Assembly (NCBI GenBank): GCA_028713575.1
Contig: JAQTOB010000002.1
Location: 1,371 to 65,370, forward strand
DNA length: 64,000 nucleotides
Direction: 5' to 3'
DNA from: Patescibacteria group bacterium
GTDB lineage: Bacteria; Patescibacteriota; Patescibacteriia; UBA2591; UBA6264
The translations under genes and the position numbers were made by a program. Below are positions 63,740-64,000 of this stretch, in pieces. The notes under the pieces were generated by a model. It was not told the origin of the DNA. It was given only the letters and a program-made list of their open reading frames with translations, and did not search any database. Every line of letters begins with the position of its first letter. The first letter of the stretch is position 1.

Positions 63740-64000
63740 ATGATTGAACTTTTAAATATCACCAAGATATACAAAACCGTTTCCGTGGAAACAAAAGCGC
63801 TTAAAAACGTTTCTTTTAACGTTAAAGACGGGGAGTTTATCGCCATTATGGGGCCGTCAGGTTCCGGCAAATCAACTTTAATGCATATTTTAGGATGTTT
63901 GGATGTGCCGACTAGCGGGAAATATCTTTTAGATGGTCGCGATGTTTCTCAACTTTTTGATGATGAATTAGCAGAGGTTAGAAAAAATAAAATCGGTTTT
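63740..64000 (+). CDS. ABC transporter ATP-binding protein (MacB/LolD-like), 5' part only (runs off window end)
   Basis: …FIAIMGPSGSGKSTLMHILGCLD… is a Walker A and resembles the MacB N-terminus. Confidence 0.8.
   Translation, partial: MIELLNITKIYKTVSVETKALKNVSFNVKDGEFIAIMGPSGSGKSTLMHILGCLDVPTSGKYLLDGRDVSQLFDDELAEVRKNKIGF

Noticed and set aside
1-64000. Diversity-generating retroelement or other RT-based system (searched for because CPR genomes often carry DGRs)
   Set aside because: No ORF with reverse-transcriptase motifs (YxDD) was seen. The paralogous Cys-rich motifs at 8.5 and 56.2 kb differ at all base types, not adenine-specifically.

Overview
This 64-kb window comes from an AT-rich, gene-dense bacterial genome, with most genes on the + strand. 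Several features suggest a small-genome, Candidate Phyla Radiation (Patescibacteria)-like organism, though this is inference. Those features are a PduL+AckA fermentation pair, a single-polypeptide UvrD-type helicase fused to a PD-(D/E)xK nuclease, a short dnaX, an Elp3-like radical-SAM/GNAT protein, many GT2/GT4 glycosyltransferases and a CCA-encoding tRNA.

Gene content, in order:
- The 3' end of rpsI.
- A surface-glycan cluster: Wzx-like flippase, GT1, GT2, Wzy/O-antigen-ligase-like protein, GT2, GT2.
- tRNA-Gln(TTG) followed by a 500-bp mosaic of repeats.
- A Cys-rich secreted protein, a bPH_2 membrane protein and a HAAAP-type permease.
- cdd-tatD, the UvrD/AddA-like helicase-nuclease and pheS-pheT.
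- A PfkB kinase, pduL, a second glycan block (GT2, GT4, a 754-aa polytopic membrane protein), HIT and RmuC.
- A second HAAAP permease and ackA.
- The start of the dcw cluster (mraZ-rsmH-ftsL-ftsI-murF) and elp3-like (- strand).
- A SAM methyltransferase and a PMM/PGM.
- On the - strand: trpS, tRNA-Leu(CAG), an SBP family 5 protein, secG, folD and glyA.
- tRNA-Glu(CTC), a VirD4/TraG-like P-loop ATPase, dnaX and tyrS.
- A GIY-YIG ORF running into tRNA-Gln(CTG), followed by duplicated, disrupted tRNA-Gln fragments.
- An accessory stretch (54.3-57.1 kb) with membrane and Cys-rich secreted proteins and an SRPBCC protein.
- A PflX-like radical-SAM protein, a ZIP transporter, and ECF sigma/anti-sigma with MacA/MacB-like efflux genes (the last truncated at the window end).

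Most notable signals outside ordinary genes:
- A family of ~210-bp structured repeat elements. Two full copies lie at 54.4 and 56.3 kb, and partial or tandem copies at 8.0-8.3 kb. Both loci sit just downstream of a tRNA-Gln gene and upstream of paralogous Cys-rich secreted proteins.
- Att-like duplicated 3' pieces of tRNA-Gln.
- A perfect 20-bp inverted-repeat pair bracketing 100 bp directly upstream of the glycan operon, a candidate invertible switch.
- A cluster of DnaA boxes upstream of mraZ.
- An in-frame 30-bp tandem repeat carrying a palindrome inside a GT4 gene.
- Duplicated sigma70-promoter/RBS modules driving two small membrane peptides on the - strand.
- A candidate structured ncRNA at 11.1-11.3 kb.

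No CRISPR array, rRNA, integrase, transposase or reverse transcriptase was seen.
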